The position numbers were made by a program, and so were the translations under genes. 64,000 bases of DNA from an uncultured Acetatifactor sp. (GTDB lineage: Bacteria; Bacillota; Clostridia; Lachnospirales; Lachnospiraceae): positions 14,829-78,828 of the forward strand of contig CANQUQ010000009.1 of the NCBI GenBank assembly GCA_947627115.1. The letters are read 5' to 3'. This document shows positions 1 through 8,937 of the stretch, in pieces. Positions within the stretch are counted from its first letter, which is position 1; the number at the start of each line of letters is the position of its first letter. The notes beneath the pieces were generated by a model that searched no databases, was not told where the DNA came from, and was given only the letters and a program-made list of their open reading frames with translations.

Positions 1-711
1 ATACTGGTGACATCCGGATCGATCGCAGCGGGGAAAAATGCGGTGAATCGGAAGGATGTGCGCGTGGACAGCCAGGCGGCGTCTCTGGCCGTCAAGCAGG
101 CGTGCTCCGCAGTGGGACAGGCCAGACTGATGATGATCTATCAGAAGCTGTTCGCCGAATACAATCAGGTGGCGGCACAGATCCTGATGACGAAAAACAC
201 CATTGTGGACAATCTGAACCGGTACAATGCCCACAATACATTTTCCGAGCTGTTGAAGATGGGAGTGATCCCCATTGTCAACGAGAACGACACCATAGCC
301 ACCTACGAGATCGAATTCGGTGACAACGACACGCTGTCGGCGGTAGTCGCCGCCCTGGTGGAGGCGGATCTTCTGATCCTTTTGTCCGATATCGACGGCC
401 TTTATACGGACGATCCCCGAAAGAACCCCGACGCAAGATTCATCGACCAGGTGGACGATCTGACGGACGACCTGATGAATATGGGAAAGAGCAGCACCGG
501 CAGCAGCGTGGGCACCGGCGGCATGAACACGAAATTGATCGCCGCCAGGATCGCCACCAGATCCAACGTGGACATGATCATTGCCAACAGCCGGGACATC
601 GGAGTCCTTCACAGGATCCTGGACGGCAGGCAGGCAGGCACGCTGTTCGTGGCGCAGAGGGATGAGAATTTTGACCTGCCGGGCTTTGTAGATAATCTGC
701 ACAAGAATTAA
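1..711 (+). CDS. proB: Glutamate 5-kinase (5'-partial, no PUA domain)
   Basis: Frame 1 open from base 1 (ILVTSGSIAAG); motifs AVGQ, PIVNENDT, FGDNDTLSA, LSDIDGLY, GTGGMNTK; proA nearby. Confidence 0.95.
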   Translation: MLVTSGSIAAGKNAVNRKDVRVDSQAASLAVKQACSAVGQARLMMIYQKLFAEYNQVAAQILMTKNTIVDNLNRYNAHNTFSELLKMGVIPIVNENDTIATYEIEFGDNDTLSAVVAALVEADLLILLSDIDGLYTDDPRKNPDARFIDQVDDLTDDLMNMGKSSTGSSVGTGGMNTKLIAARIATRSNVDMIIANSRDIGVLHRILDGRQAGTLFVAQRDENFDLPGFVDNLHKN

Positions 712-727
712 GAGGACCGTTCTGACG

Positions 728-1318
728 ATGAATAGGGAAGAACACATACTACAGCTGCGGCGGCAGCTCCGGCAAAAAGCCCTGGAGGCGCGGGACCGTC
801 TGAGTCCGGAGGAGAGGCGCAGGGGATCTCTTCTGATGACGGAGAGGCTCCTGGGACATCAGTTCTTTTACCGGTCGGAGATCTTCCTCTGCTTTGTCAG
901 CTATGGCAGTGAAATCGACACCCGCGAGCTGATCGAGGAGGCGCTGCGGCAGAAAAAGAAGGTATATGTCCCCAAGGTGATACGGGAATCGGAAATCCCG
1001 GAGATGAAATTTTACAGACTGACATCTCTGGCTGAACTGGAGCCGGGATTCCGGGGGATCCTGGAGCCCAGGGGAGATTCGGAGGAATATGTATACCGGG
1101 AAGCGGAGGCCGGCCGGACATTCCTTCTGATGCCTGGGGCGGCCTTTGACGGTCTTCGCAACAGGCTGGGCTACGGAAAGGGATTCTACGACAATTTCCT
1201 GGCGGATAAGGCGGCGCTGCAGTTACGCACGGCGGCAGTGGGATTTCGGTGTCAGATGGTGGAGGAGATTCCGGCGAGAGAGGGTGATATCAAGCCCTTT
1301 CAGGTAATATGTTTTTAG
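728..1318 (+). CDS. 5-formyltetrahydrofolate cyclo-ligase
   Basis: SYGSEIDT, VYVPKV, MPGAAFD, RLGYGKGFYD motifs. Confidence 0.9.
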   Translation: MNREEHILQLRRQLRQKALEARDRLSPEERRRGSLLMTERLLGHQFFYRSEIFLCFVSYGSEIDTRELIEEALRQKKKVYVPKVIRESEIPEMKFYRLTSLAELEPGFRGILEPRGDSEEYVYREAEAGRTFLLMPGAAFDGLRNRLGYGKGFYDNFLADKAALQLRTAAVGFRCQMVEEIPAREGDIKPFQVICF

Positions 1319-1334
1319 CAGGGGAGAGAAAACG

Positions 1335-2582
1335 ATGACAGATCTGCGCGAAATGGGCGAGCGGGCGGCTGCGGTCAGGACCGGGCTGCAGGCAATGTCC
1401 GCCGAAAAAAAGAACAAGGCTCTGCTCCTTGCCGCGGAAAGGCTTACGGAGCGAAGCGACGAGATCCTTCGGGCGAACGGGGCGGATATGGAGTCCGCCG
1501 AGCAGAACGGCATGAGCCAGGGACTGAAGGACCGTCTGAAACTGACCGGACAGCGGATCGGAGACATGGCGGAGGGACTGAGACAGATAGCGGCACTGCC
1601 GGACTGCATCGGCGAGTGCATGGAGGAGTTTGAACGTCCGAACGGCCTGAAGATCAGGAAGGTCAGGGTGCCCCTGGGCGTGATCGGCATTATCTATGAA
1701 GCGCGGCCCAACGTGACGGCGGATGCCTTCGGCCTCTGCTTTAAGACCGGAAATGCAGTGATACTGAAGGGCGGCAGCGATGCGATCCGCTCCAATGCCG
1801 CAATTGTGCGGGTGCTTCGGGATGCCATGGAGGAACAGGGAATCTCCAGGGACGTGCTGCAGCTGATCGAGGATACGGACCGGAGGGTGACCGTCGAGTT
1901 CATGAAGCTGAAGGATTACGTGGATGTGCTGATTCCCAGGGGCAGCGCCGGTCTGATCCGCAGCGTGGTGGAGAACAGTACGGTCCCCGTGATCGAGACC
2001 GGCACGGGGAACTGCCATGTCTACGTGGATAAGGATGCGGATCTGGATATGGCGGTGCGCATTGTATACAACGCCAAGACCCAGCGTATCGGCGTCTGCA
2101 ATGCCTGCGAGTCTCTGGTGGTGCACAGCGCTGTCAGGGAGGCCTTCCTGCCCATGCTGGAGGCGGCGCTGAGGGAGAAAAGCGTTGAGCTGCGGGGAGA
2201 TGAGAGGGTGCGGGCGGTGCTTAAGGATGCCGTCCCGGCCTCCGAGGAGGATTACGGCACCGAGTACCTGGACTACATCCTTTCCCTGAAGACGGTGGAT
2301 TCCGTGGAAGAGGCGATCGACCATATCAACCGGTACAATACAAAGCATTCCGACTGTATCGTCACGGAAGACCGTGGGACGGCGGAAAAGTTTTTGAACG
2401 GTGTGGATGCGGCATGTGTCTATTGGAATGCATCCACACGTTTTACGGACGGCTTTGAATTCGGGTTCGGAGCGGAGATCGGTATCAGTACACAGAAGCT
2501 CCATGCGAGGGGACCGATGGGGCTCAGGGAGCTGACTTCCTACAAATATGTAATCTATGGCAGCGGTCAGGTGAGAGGGTAG
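1335..2582 (+). CDS. proA: Gamma-glutamyl phosphate reductase
   Basis: PLGVIGIIYEARPNVT, LKGGSDA, GNCHVYVD, VCNACE, NASTRFTDG, EIGISTQKLHARGPMGL. Confidence 0.97.
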   Translation: MTDLREMGERAAAVRTGLQAMSAEKKNKALLLAAERLTERSDEILRANGADMESAEQNGMSQGLKDRLKLTGQRIGDMAEGLRQIAALPDCIGECMEEFERPNGLKIRKVRVPLGVIGIIYEARPNVTADAFGLCFKTGNAVILKGGSDAIRSNAAIVRVLRDAMEEQGISRDVLQLIEDTDRRVTVEFMKLKDYVDVLIPRGSAGLIRSVVENSTVPVIETGTGNCHVYVDKDADLDMAVRIVYNAKTQRIGVCNACESLVVHSAVREAFLPMLEAALREKSVELRGDERVRAVLKDAVPASEEDYGTEYLDYILSLKTVDSVEEAIDHINRYNTKHSDCIVTEDRGTAEKFLNGVDAACVYWNASTRFTDGFEFGFGAEIGISTQKLHARGPMGLRELTSYKYVIYGSGQVRG

Positions 2583-2601
2583 AGCATCGGCGGAAGACGC
2601 C

Positions 2602-2729
2602 GCGGCTCTTCTGCGGAAAGCGCAGCGGTAAGCATTGGGGATCATCTGTGGAGGGCGCAGCGGCTCTTCTGCGGAAAGCGCAGCAGTAAACATTGCGGAT
2701 CATCTGTGGAGGGCGCAGCGGATCTTCGG
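2602..2729. repeat. 58-bp intergenic tandem repeat, ~2.2 copies
   Basis: Units start at 2602, 2660 and 2718 (gcggctcttctgcggaaagcgcagc...gatcatctgtggagggcgca). Confidence 0.9.
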
Positions 2730-2771
2730 AAGAGAACAGTTGTGTAAAAAACAGCGGAATGAGAGGGAAGC

Positions 2772-3323
2772 ATGAAAGAATTGAACAACAGTATCTGGCA
2801 CAGCATCAGCACCCACAGGGTGACGCCCACGGATTTTATCTGCGTGATTGAAATTTCCAAGGGAAGCAAGAATAAATATGAGATGGACAAGGATACGGGG
2901 TTACTGATTTTGGACCGGATCCTGCACACCTCCACCCATTATCCTGCCAATTACGGCTTTATCCCCCGTACCTACGGAGATGACGGCGACCCGCTGGACG
3001 TATTGCTCTTATGCTCGGAGCCTGTGCAGCCCATGACGCTGGTACGGGCGTATCCGATCGGTGTGATTTCCATGCTGGACAACGGCAAGAATGACGAGAA
3101 GATCATAGCGGTGCCCTTCAGCGATCCGAATTACAATATCTATCATGACATCTCCGAGCTGCCGCCCCATGTGGTGGAGGAAATCGAGCATTTCTTCGTT
3201 GTCTACAAAAATCTGGAGCACAAGACCACGGCGGTGAACGAGAAGGGCAACCGCGAGGAAGCCATCGAGGTCATCAAGAAGTGTCTGGACAATTACATAA
3301 ACACCTTCATCAAGAGCTGGTGA
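2772..3323 (+). CDS. ppa: Soluble inorganic pyrophosphatase (family I)
   Basis: EISKGSKNKYE, LDRIL, YPANYGFIPRT, DGDPLDV, DEKII. Confidence 0.95.
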   Translation: MKELNNSIWHSISTHRVTPTDFICVIEISKGSKNKYEMDKDTGLLILDRILHTSTHYPANYGFIPRTYGDDGDPLDVLLLCSEPVQPMTLVRAYPIGVISMLDNGKNDEKIIAVPFSDPNYNIYHDISELPPHVVEEIEHFFVVYKNLEHKTTAVNEKGNREEAIEVIKKCLDNYINTFIKSW

Positions 3324-3387
3324 TATTTTTTGCGTGTTATAATGTATCCGCAGCCGACAAAAAATCAATCCGAAAGGAATCAGGACC

Positions 3388-4908
3388 ATGAGCGACATGA
3401 GAGGAATCGACACCCCGGTGAGACAGCGCCGGAGGAGAGTCTTTAAGGAAGTGGCCAATCTGGCCTATCATTCGACGAATTTGAAGGACGATATGGAGGC
3501 TCTGCCCTACAAGATAGTGGACTATGAAAAGTCACAGTATTGGGAGAGCGTATACCGGGACAGGGCCATTATCCGCGAGAGGCTCCGTCTGGCTATGGGC
3601 ATGAGCCTGAGACCGGAGAACAGGGATCATCCGGGACATCTGACGGAGGGCCTGGAGGAGAGCAATATCGACGAGAAATATTACGAGCCGCCGCTGATGC
3701 AGGTGATACCTTCCGCCTGCAACGCCTGCCCGGAGAACCGATATGAGGTGACGAACTCCTGCATGGGGTGCCTTGCCCATCCCTGCCAGAGCGTCTGCCC
3801 CAAGGGCGCGATCTCCATGGTGGACGGCAGGTCGGTCATCGACCAGGAGAAATGTATCCGCTGCGGCAAATGCCGGGAGATCTGTCCCTACGACGCCATC
3901 TGCCACAAGGAGAGGCCCTGCAAGGCCGCCTGCGGCGTGGATGCCATCAAATCGGACCGGTTCGGCCGGGCCTGTATCGACAGTGACAGATGTGTCTCCT
4001 GCGGCCAGTGCATGGTCAGCTGTCCTTTCGGGGCCATTGCGGACAAATCCCAGATCTTTCAGCTGATCCGTGCCATGCAGTCCGGACGGAAGATCATTGC
4101 GCAGGTAGCCCCTGCCTTTGTGGGACAGTTCGGCCCGGAGGTGACGCCGGACATGTTCAAGGCCGCCCTGAAGGAGCTGGGATTCGCGGATGTGTATGAG
4201 ACGGCCCTGGGAGCCGATATGGGATGTATGGCCGAGGCGGAGCACTATGTGAAGGAGGTCGCCACGGGCAATCAGGCCTTCGCGCTTACTTCCTGCTGCC
4301 CCTCCTGGTCCGTTATGGCAAAGCATCTGTTCCCGGAGACCATTGACAAGATCAGCAATGAGCTCACGCCCATGGTGGCAACGGCCCGGATCATCAAGCG
4401 TGATCACCCTGATGCCTCCGTAGTCTTTATCGGTCCCTGTGCCTCCAAAAAGCTGGAAGCCAGCAGGCGGACGATCCGCTCGGATGTGGATTTCGTGATA
4501 ACCTTTGAAGAGCTGACCGGCATGTTCGAGGCAAAGGGGATCCTGTTGGAGGAGATCAGGGCCATGGATGCCATGCAGGACGCAACGGGCGCCGGAAGGG
4601 GCTACGGTGTGGCCGGCGGTGTGGCAAGTGCCATTGAGGAATGCATCAGGACTTATTATCCGGGCACGGAGGTAAAGATAGAGCATGCGGAGAATCTTAC
4701 GGAATGTAAGAAAATGCTGCTGCTCGCCAAGGCAGGGAAAAAGAACGGCTGTCTGATCGAGGGCATGGCCTGCCCCGGAGGCTGCGTGGCGGGCGCGGGA
4801 ACCAATATTTCCATCCCCCAGGCGGCGAAGGCGGTGCAGGGCTTCAAGGCTGCGGCCGGCAGATCGGTGCCGGAAGAAGGATGTAACCAGGATGTATTGA
4901 AAAAATAA
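3388..4908 (+). CDS. Monomeric [FeFe]-hydrogenase with N-terminal 4Fe-4S ferredoxin domains (group B-like)
   Basis: H-cluster motifs TSCCPSW, GPCASKKLEA, EGMACPGGC; ferredoxin motifs CMGCLAHPCQSVCP, CIRCGKCREICP, CVSCGQCMVSCP. Confidence 0.88.
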   Translation: MSDMRGIDTPVRQRRRRVFKEVANLAYHSTNLKDDMEALPYKIVDYEKSQYWESVYRDRAIIRERLRLAMGMSLRPENRDHPGHLTEGLEESNIDEKYYEPPLMQVIPSACNACPENRYEVTNSCMGCLAHPCQSVCPKGAISMVDGRSVIDQEKCIRCGKCREICPYDAICHKERPCKAACGVDAIKSDRFGRACIDSDRCVSCGQCMVSCPFGAIADKSQIFQLIRAMQSGRKIIAQVAPAFVGQFGPEVTPDMFKAALKELGFADVYETALGADMGCMAEAEHYVKEVATGNQAFALTSCCPSWSVMAKHLFPETIDKISNELTPMVATARIIKRDHPDASVVFIGPCASKKLEASRRTIRSDVDFVITFEELTGMFEAKGILLEEIRAMDAMQDATGAGRGYGVAGGVASAIEECIRTYYPGTEVKIEHAENLTECKKMLLLAKAGKKNGCLIEGMACPGGCVAGAGTNISIPQAAKAVQGFKAAAGRSVPEEGCNQDVLKK

Positions 4909-4953
4909 ATTTTTTGTTTATTGCGCCCTGAGAAGGCGCAGGACGGAGGAACG

Positions 4954-6444
4954 ATGAAAAAGGTCAGAATCAGGTATGCGCCCAGCCCTACGGGGAAAAT
5001 GCATGTGGGCAATCTGCGCTCCGCATTATATGAGTTTTTGATCGCCAAGCATGCGGGAGGAGATTTCATCCTGCGCATAGAAGACACGGATCAGGAGAGA
5101 TTTGTGGAGGGCGCCACGGAGATCATCTACCGCACTCTGGAGGAGACCGGTCTGGTCCACGATGAGGGACCCGATAAGGACGGCGGCTATGGCCCTTATG
5201 TACAGAGTGAGCGCATGAAGACGGGAATCTACATGAAGTATGCCAAAGAGCTGATCGATAAGGGGCAGGCATACTATTGTTTCTGCGATAAGGAACGCCT
5301 GGCCTCCCTGAAGACAGAGGTGGCGGAGGGGAAGGAGATTACCGTATACGATAAGCACTGTCTGTCTTTGTCCAGGGAGGAGATCGAGGCGAATCTGGCG
5401 GCGGGAAAGCCCTATGTCATCCGGCAGAACAATCCCACGGAGGGGACCACGACGTTTCACGATGAGCTCTACGGAGATATCACGGTGGAGAATGCCGAGC
5501 TGGACGATATGATCCTGATCAAGTCGGACGGTTATCCCACCTATAATTTTGCAAACGTGGTGGACGACCATACCATGAACATCACCCATGTGGTGCGGGG
5601 AAATGAGTATCTCTCCTCTTCGCCCAAGTATGTGAGACTGTATGAGGCTTTCGGCTGGGAGGTGCCTGTATATGTGCATCTGCCGCTGCTGACAGATGAG
5701 AACCACAAGAAGCTGTCCAAGAGAAGCGGTCATTCTTCCTTTGAGGATCTGCTCGGACAGGGCTTTGTGACGGAGGCGATCGTCAATTATATTGCCCTTC
5801 TGGGCTGGAGCCCGGAGGACAACCGGGAGATATTCACTCTGGATGAGCTGATCGGAGAGTTCGACTATCGCAGGATCAGCAAATCCCCCGCCGTGTTCGA
5901 TATGGTAAAGCTCCGCTGGATGAACGGTGAATACATCAAGGCGATGGATTTCCAGCGGTTCTATGAGATGGCGGAACCGTATCTGAGACAGGTCCTGAAA
6001 TCGGATCTGGATCTGAGAAAGATCGCGGCCATGGTGCAGACCCGCATTGAGGTATTTCCGGATATCCCCGCGCTGGTAGACTTTTTTGAGAAGCTGCCGG
6101 AGTACGATCCGGAGATGTACGCCCACAAAAAGATGAAGACAGATATGAATTCCTCCCTGCAGGTGCTGACGGAATTGTTGCCGCTGCTGGAGGCCCAGGA
6201 GGATTATTCCAACGATGCACTGTACGGACTTTTGACGGAGTATGTGGAGAAAAAGGGATGTAAGAACGGCTACGTCATGTGGCCTGTGCGGACAGCCGTT
6301 TCCGGAAGGCAGATGACGCCGGCAGGCGCCACGGAGATCATGGAGATCCTGGGCAGGGAGGAATCGCTGAAAAGGATACGCACAGGGATACGGATGCTTC
6401 AGTCCGCCGTGGCCGCGGAGGACCGGAAGGCGGGAGAGACGTAA
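4954..6444 (+). CDS. gltX: Glutamate--tRNA ligase
   Basis: RYAPSPTG, HVGN (HIGH), KLSKR (KMSKS), LRIEDTD; ATG at 4954 after GGAGG. Confidence 0.97.
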   Translation: MKKVRIRYAPSPTGKMHVGNLRSALYEFLIAKHAGGDFILRIEDTDQERFVEGATEIIYRTLEETGLVHDEGPDKDGGYGPYVQSERMKTGIYMKYAKELIDKGQAYYCFCDKERLASLKTEVAEGKEITVYDKHCLSLSREEIEANLAAGKPYVIRQNNPTEGTTTFHDELYGDITVENAELDDMILIKSDGYPTYNFANVVDDHTMNITHVVRGNEYLSSSPKYVRLYEAFGWEVPVYVHLPLLTDENHKKLSKRSGHSSFEDLLGQGFVTEAIVNYIALLGWSPEDNREIFTLDELIGEFDYRRISKSPAVFDMVKLRWMNGEYIKAMDFQRFYEMAEPYLRQVLKSDLDLRKIAAMVQTRIEVFPDIPALVDFFEKLPEYDPEMYAHKKMKTDMNSSLQVLTELLPLLEAQEDYSNDALYGLLTEYVEKKGCKNGYVMWPVRTAVSGRQMTPAGATEIMEILGREESLKRIRTGIRMLQSAVAAEDRKAGET

Positions 6445-6447
6445 TAT

Positions 6448-8472
6448 ATGGCAGATTTCGGCAATATGAACGCGGCGCAGCTCAGCGCCGTGACGCATAC
6501 GGAGGGACCGCTGCTGGTGCTGGCGGGTCCCGGCTCAGGAAAGACCCTTACGGTATCGGGGCGCATTCGGTATCTCATTGAAGAAAGGGGTGTGCCCCCG
6601 GAACAGATCCTGGCGATTACCTTTACCAGGGAGGCTGCCGTTTCACTGCAGCGCCGCTTTCAGGAGCTTTCCTCCGCTGCGCTCCCTGTCCGTTTCGGTA
6701 CATTTCACTCCGTCTTTTTTCAGATACTGCAGCAATCCAATCTTCTCAGATCCACACATCTTCTGACAAATTCCAAAAAGAAAGAACTCATGATATCCGT
6801 ACTCAGAAAATATTGCAGCGGATCCGGCTGCGAACAGTCAACGGACAGCCTGGGAGAGGATGCGCTCCTGATCCTGTCCGCCCTAAGCTATTACAAGAAT
6901 ACGCTCAGGGAAGAGGAGGCGGCAATGCGTCTGCCCATTGAATGGCGGTGCCGTTTCCGGCAGATCATGGGGGATTATCAGAAAGCGGTACAGGCCTGCG
7001 GCATGTTGGATTTTGACGATATGCTCTGTCTGTGCAGACGGCTCCTGACAGAGGACGCCGGGGTATGCCGGCGCTGGCAGGAACGCTTTCGGCATATTCT
7101 CATCGATGAATTTCAGGATATCAACCCGGTGCAGTATGAGGTGGTCAAGCTGCTGGCCGGCACACATGCCTGTATTTTTGCGGTGGGCGACGATGACCAG
7201 GCCATATACGGCTTCCGGGGCTCGGAGCCTGCGTGCCTGAAGCGCTTTGAGGAGGAATACGGCGCGGGGAGGATCCTGCTGGATGTGAATTACCGAAGCC
7301 ATCCGCAGATCGTGAGAGCCTCTCTGGCCGTGATTGGGGAGAACAGGGACAGATTCCGGAAGCAGTTAAGAGCGTGCCGCTCAGAGGAGGGGCTTTCCGG
7401 GGACGGGTTTTCCGGGGACGGTCAGGACAGAGTGAGGCTCCTGTCCTTTCCCGACCAGGAGGCGCAGTATACCTTTCTGACGGAACGGTTAAAGAGATTT
7501 CGTTCGGAGAACGCAGACAGACCGAAAGAGGAATGTGCCGTACTGTTCCGTACCAATGCCCGTATGCAGGGGCTGGCGGTACGGCTGAGGGCGGCGGGAA
7601 TTCCCTTTGTGATGAGTGAAAGGGCGCAGAGCATCTATGACCATTTCATTGTCAGAGACGTGATGGCGTACCTGAAGCTGGCGGCCGGACAATGGGAGAG
7701 GGAAGCGCTCCTCAGAGCGGTAAACAGACCCTCCAGATCCGTCAGCCGGGAGGCGGCGGGGAGCGGAGGATGCAGCATCCGGCAGCTGCGTTCCTACTAC
7801 GAGAGATGTGACATGCCCCCTGGGGAGAGGAACAATGTCCTGACGGCCCTGGATCGGTTCGAGAGACAGCTGAAGACCATATCCGGGCTGTCACCGTCGC
7901 TGGCCGTGGCGTATGTGCAAAAGGCTGTGGGCTATGAGGGGTATCTCCGTCAGCTTGCGGGCAAAGAGGAGGAAAGGTGGAGAGAGTGGCGGGAGATGCT
8001 GGAGTGGCTGAAGGCGGATGCCGGAGGATATTCCTGCATGAAGGAATGGCAGGCGGCACAGGAGGCCTATACGGCAGACGCAGGGCGCAGGGGAGACCGC
8101 AGGTCTTCTGGGGGGAGGCCGGAGCGGGGCGGCCCCGTGATCCGGCTGATGACTGTTCATGGGGCGAAGGGGCTGGAATTTGACACGGTCATCATTCCCG
8201 ACTGTAATGAGAACGTGTTTCCCCACGGGAGACTCCGGGAGACGGCGGAGGTGGAAGAAGAGCGGCGGATCTTTTACGTCGCTATGACCAGAGCAAAAGA
8301 GAACCTGGAGCTTCTCTGTCTGACAGGTACAAAAGAGCGCCCCAGGCTGCCGTCAAGGTTCTTGGATCCGCTGCTGGATCATTCATCCATCAGCTCGTCA
8401 AATTCGCAGCTGTCCAGATATTCGTCGAAAGCGTCCGAGACCCTCTCGTACTCGTCATCATCCTCGATGTAG
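6448..8472 (+). CDS. SF1 ATP-dependent DNA helicase, UvrD/PcrA/Rep family
   Basis: AGPGSGKT, IDEFQD, VGDDDQAIYGFRG, LFRTN, TVHGAKGLEF, EERRIFYVAMTRA. Confidence 0.92.
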   Translation: MADFGNMNAAQLSAVTHTEGPLLVLAGPGSGKTLTVSGRIRYLIEERGVPPEQILAITFTREAAVSLQRRFQELSSAALPVRFGTFHSVFFQILQQSNLLRSTHLLTNSKKKELMISVLRKYCSGSGCEQSTDSLGEDALLILSALSYYKNTLREEEAAMRLPIEWRCRFRQIMGDYQKAVQACGMLDFDDMLCLCRRLLTEDAGVCRRWQERFRHILIDEFQDINPVQYEVVKLLAGTHACIFAVGDDDQAIYGFRGSEPACLKRFEEEYGAGRILLDVNYRSHPQIVRASLAVIGENRDRFRKQLRACRSEEGLSGDGFSGDGQDRVRLLSFPDQEAQYTFLTERLKRFRSENADRPKEECAVLFRTNARMQGLAVRLRAAGIPFVMSERAQSIYDHFIVRDVMAYLKLAAGQWEREALLRAVNRPSRSVSREAAGSGGCSIRQLRSYYERCDMPPGERNNVLTALDRFERQLKTISGLSPSLAVAYVQKAVGYEGYLRQLAGKEEERWREWREMLEWLKADAGGYSCMKEWQAAQEAYTADAGRRGDRRSSGGRPERGGPVIRLMTVHGAKGLEFDTVIIPDCNENVFPHGRLRETAEVEEERRIFYVAMTRAKENLELLCLTGTKERPRLPSRFLDPLLDHSSISSSNSQLSRYSSKASETLSYSSSSSM

Positions 8473-8696
8473 TCCAGGACGGGCTCTTCGTTGGGATCAT
8501 CCGGATTTTCACTGTATCTGTACAGCCATACTTCCCCGTCGGCATTATCGCCCTTCTCATCCAGGGGCAGCAGTGCGATGTAGTCCTGCTTCTCCACAGT
8601 CAAAATAGTGATGACGGCACAGTTTACGTTGGATCCGTCCTCCAGCTCCAGTTCTACAGTCATTTCTTCGGCATCGTAATCATTGTTCTTTCCCAT
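8379..8696 (-). CDS. DUF1292-like acidic protein
   Basis: TVELELEDG...YIALLP...YIEDDDEYERVSDAFDE pattern; GGAGG RBS on minus strand. Confidence 0.8.
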   Translation of the reverse strand: MGKNNDYDAEEMTVELELEDGSNVNCAVITILTVEKQDYIALLPLDEKGDNADGEVWLYRYSENPDDPNEEPVLDYIEDDDEYERVSDAFDEYLDSCEFDELMDE

Positions 8697-8821
8697 TGGA
8701 ATCCTCCTTGCTCCTTTGTCTTGGGGCCTGTTACAGTACTATTATATCCGCGTCCCCGGCATTTCGCAAGAGCACAAAGAATACAGCCGCTCTTCGGGAG
8801 AGATCTGTGATGCACGGCCTC

Positions 8822-8850
8822 TTGAAGTTGATCATCAATTGTGATATGAT
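8822..8850 (+). promoter_or_regulatory. Putative sigmaA promoter for the NlpC/P60 gene
   Basis: TTGAAG-17-TATGAT. Confidence 0.55.
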
Positions 8851-8937
8851 ATAGACTATTCCATAAAAATCGACAATTTCGGCACAAAAGCCGCAAATAA
8901 TTCGACCTACGGACATATCGGATGCAAAGAGGAAAAT

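Noticed and set aside
2602-2729. Possible mini-CRISPR
   Set aside because: The repeats are contiguous with no unique spacers, the unit is 58 bp, and there are no cas genes. The same applies to the 21-bp repeats at 56059.
7391-7420. 15-bp duplication in the helicase (GLSGD GFSGD)
   Set aside because: A small in-frame duplication in a variable loop with no evident functional consequence.
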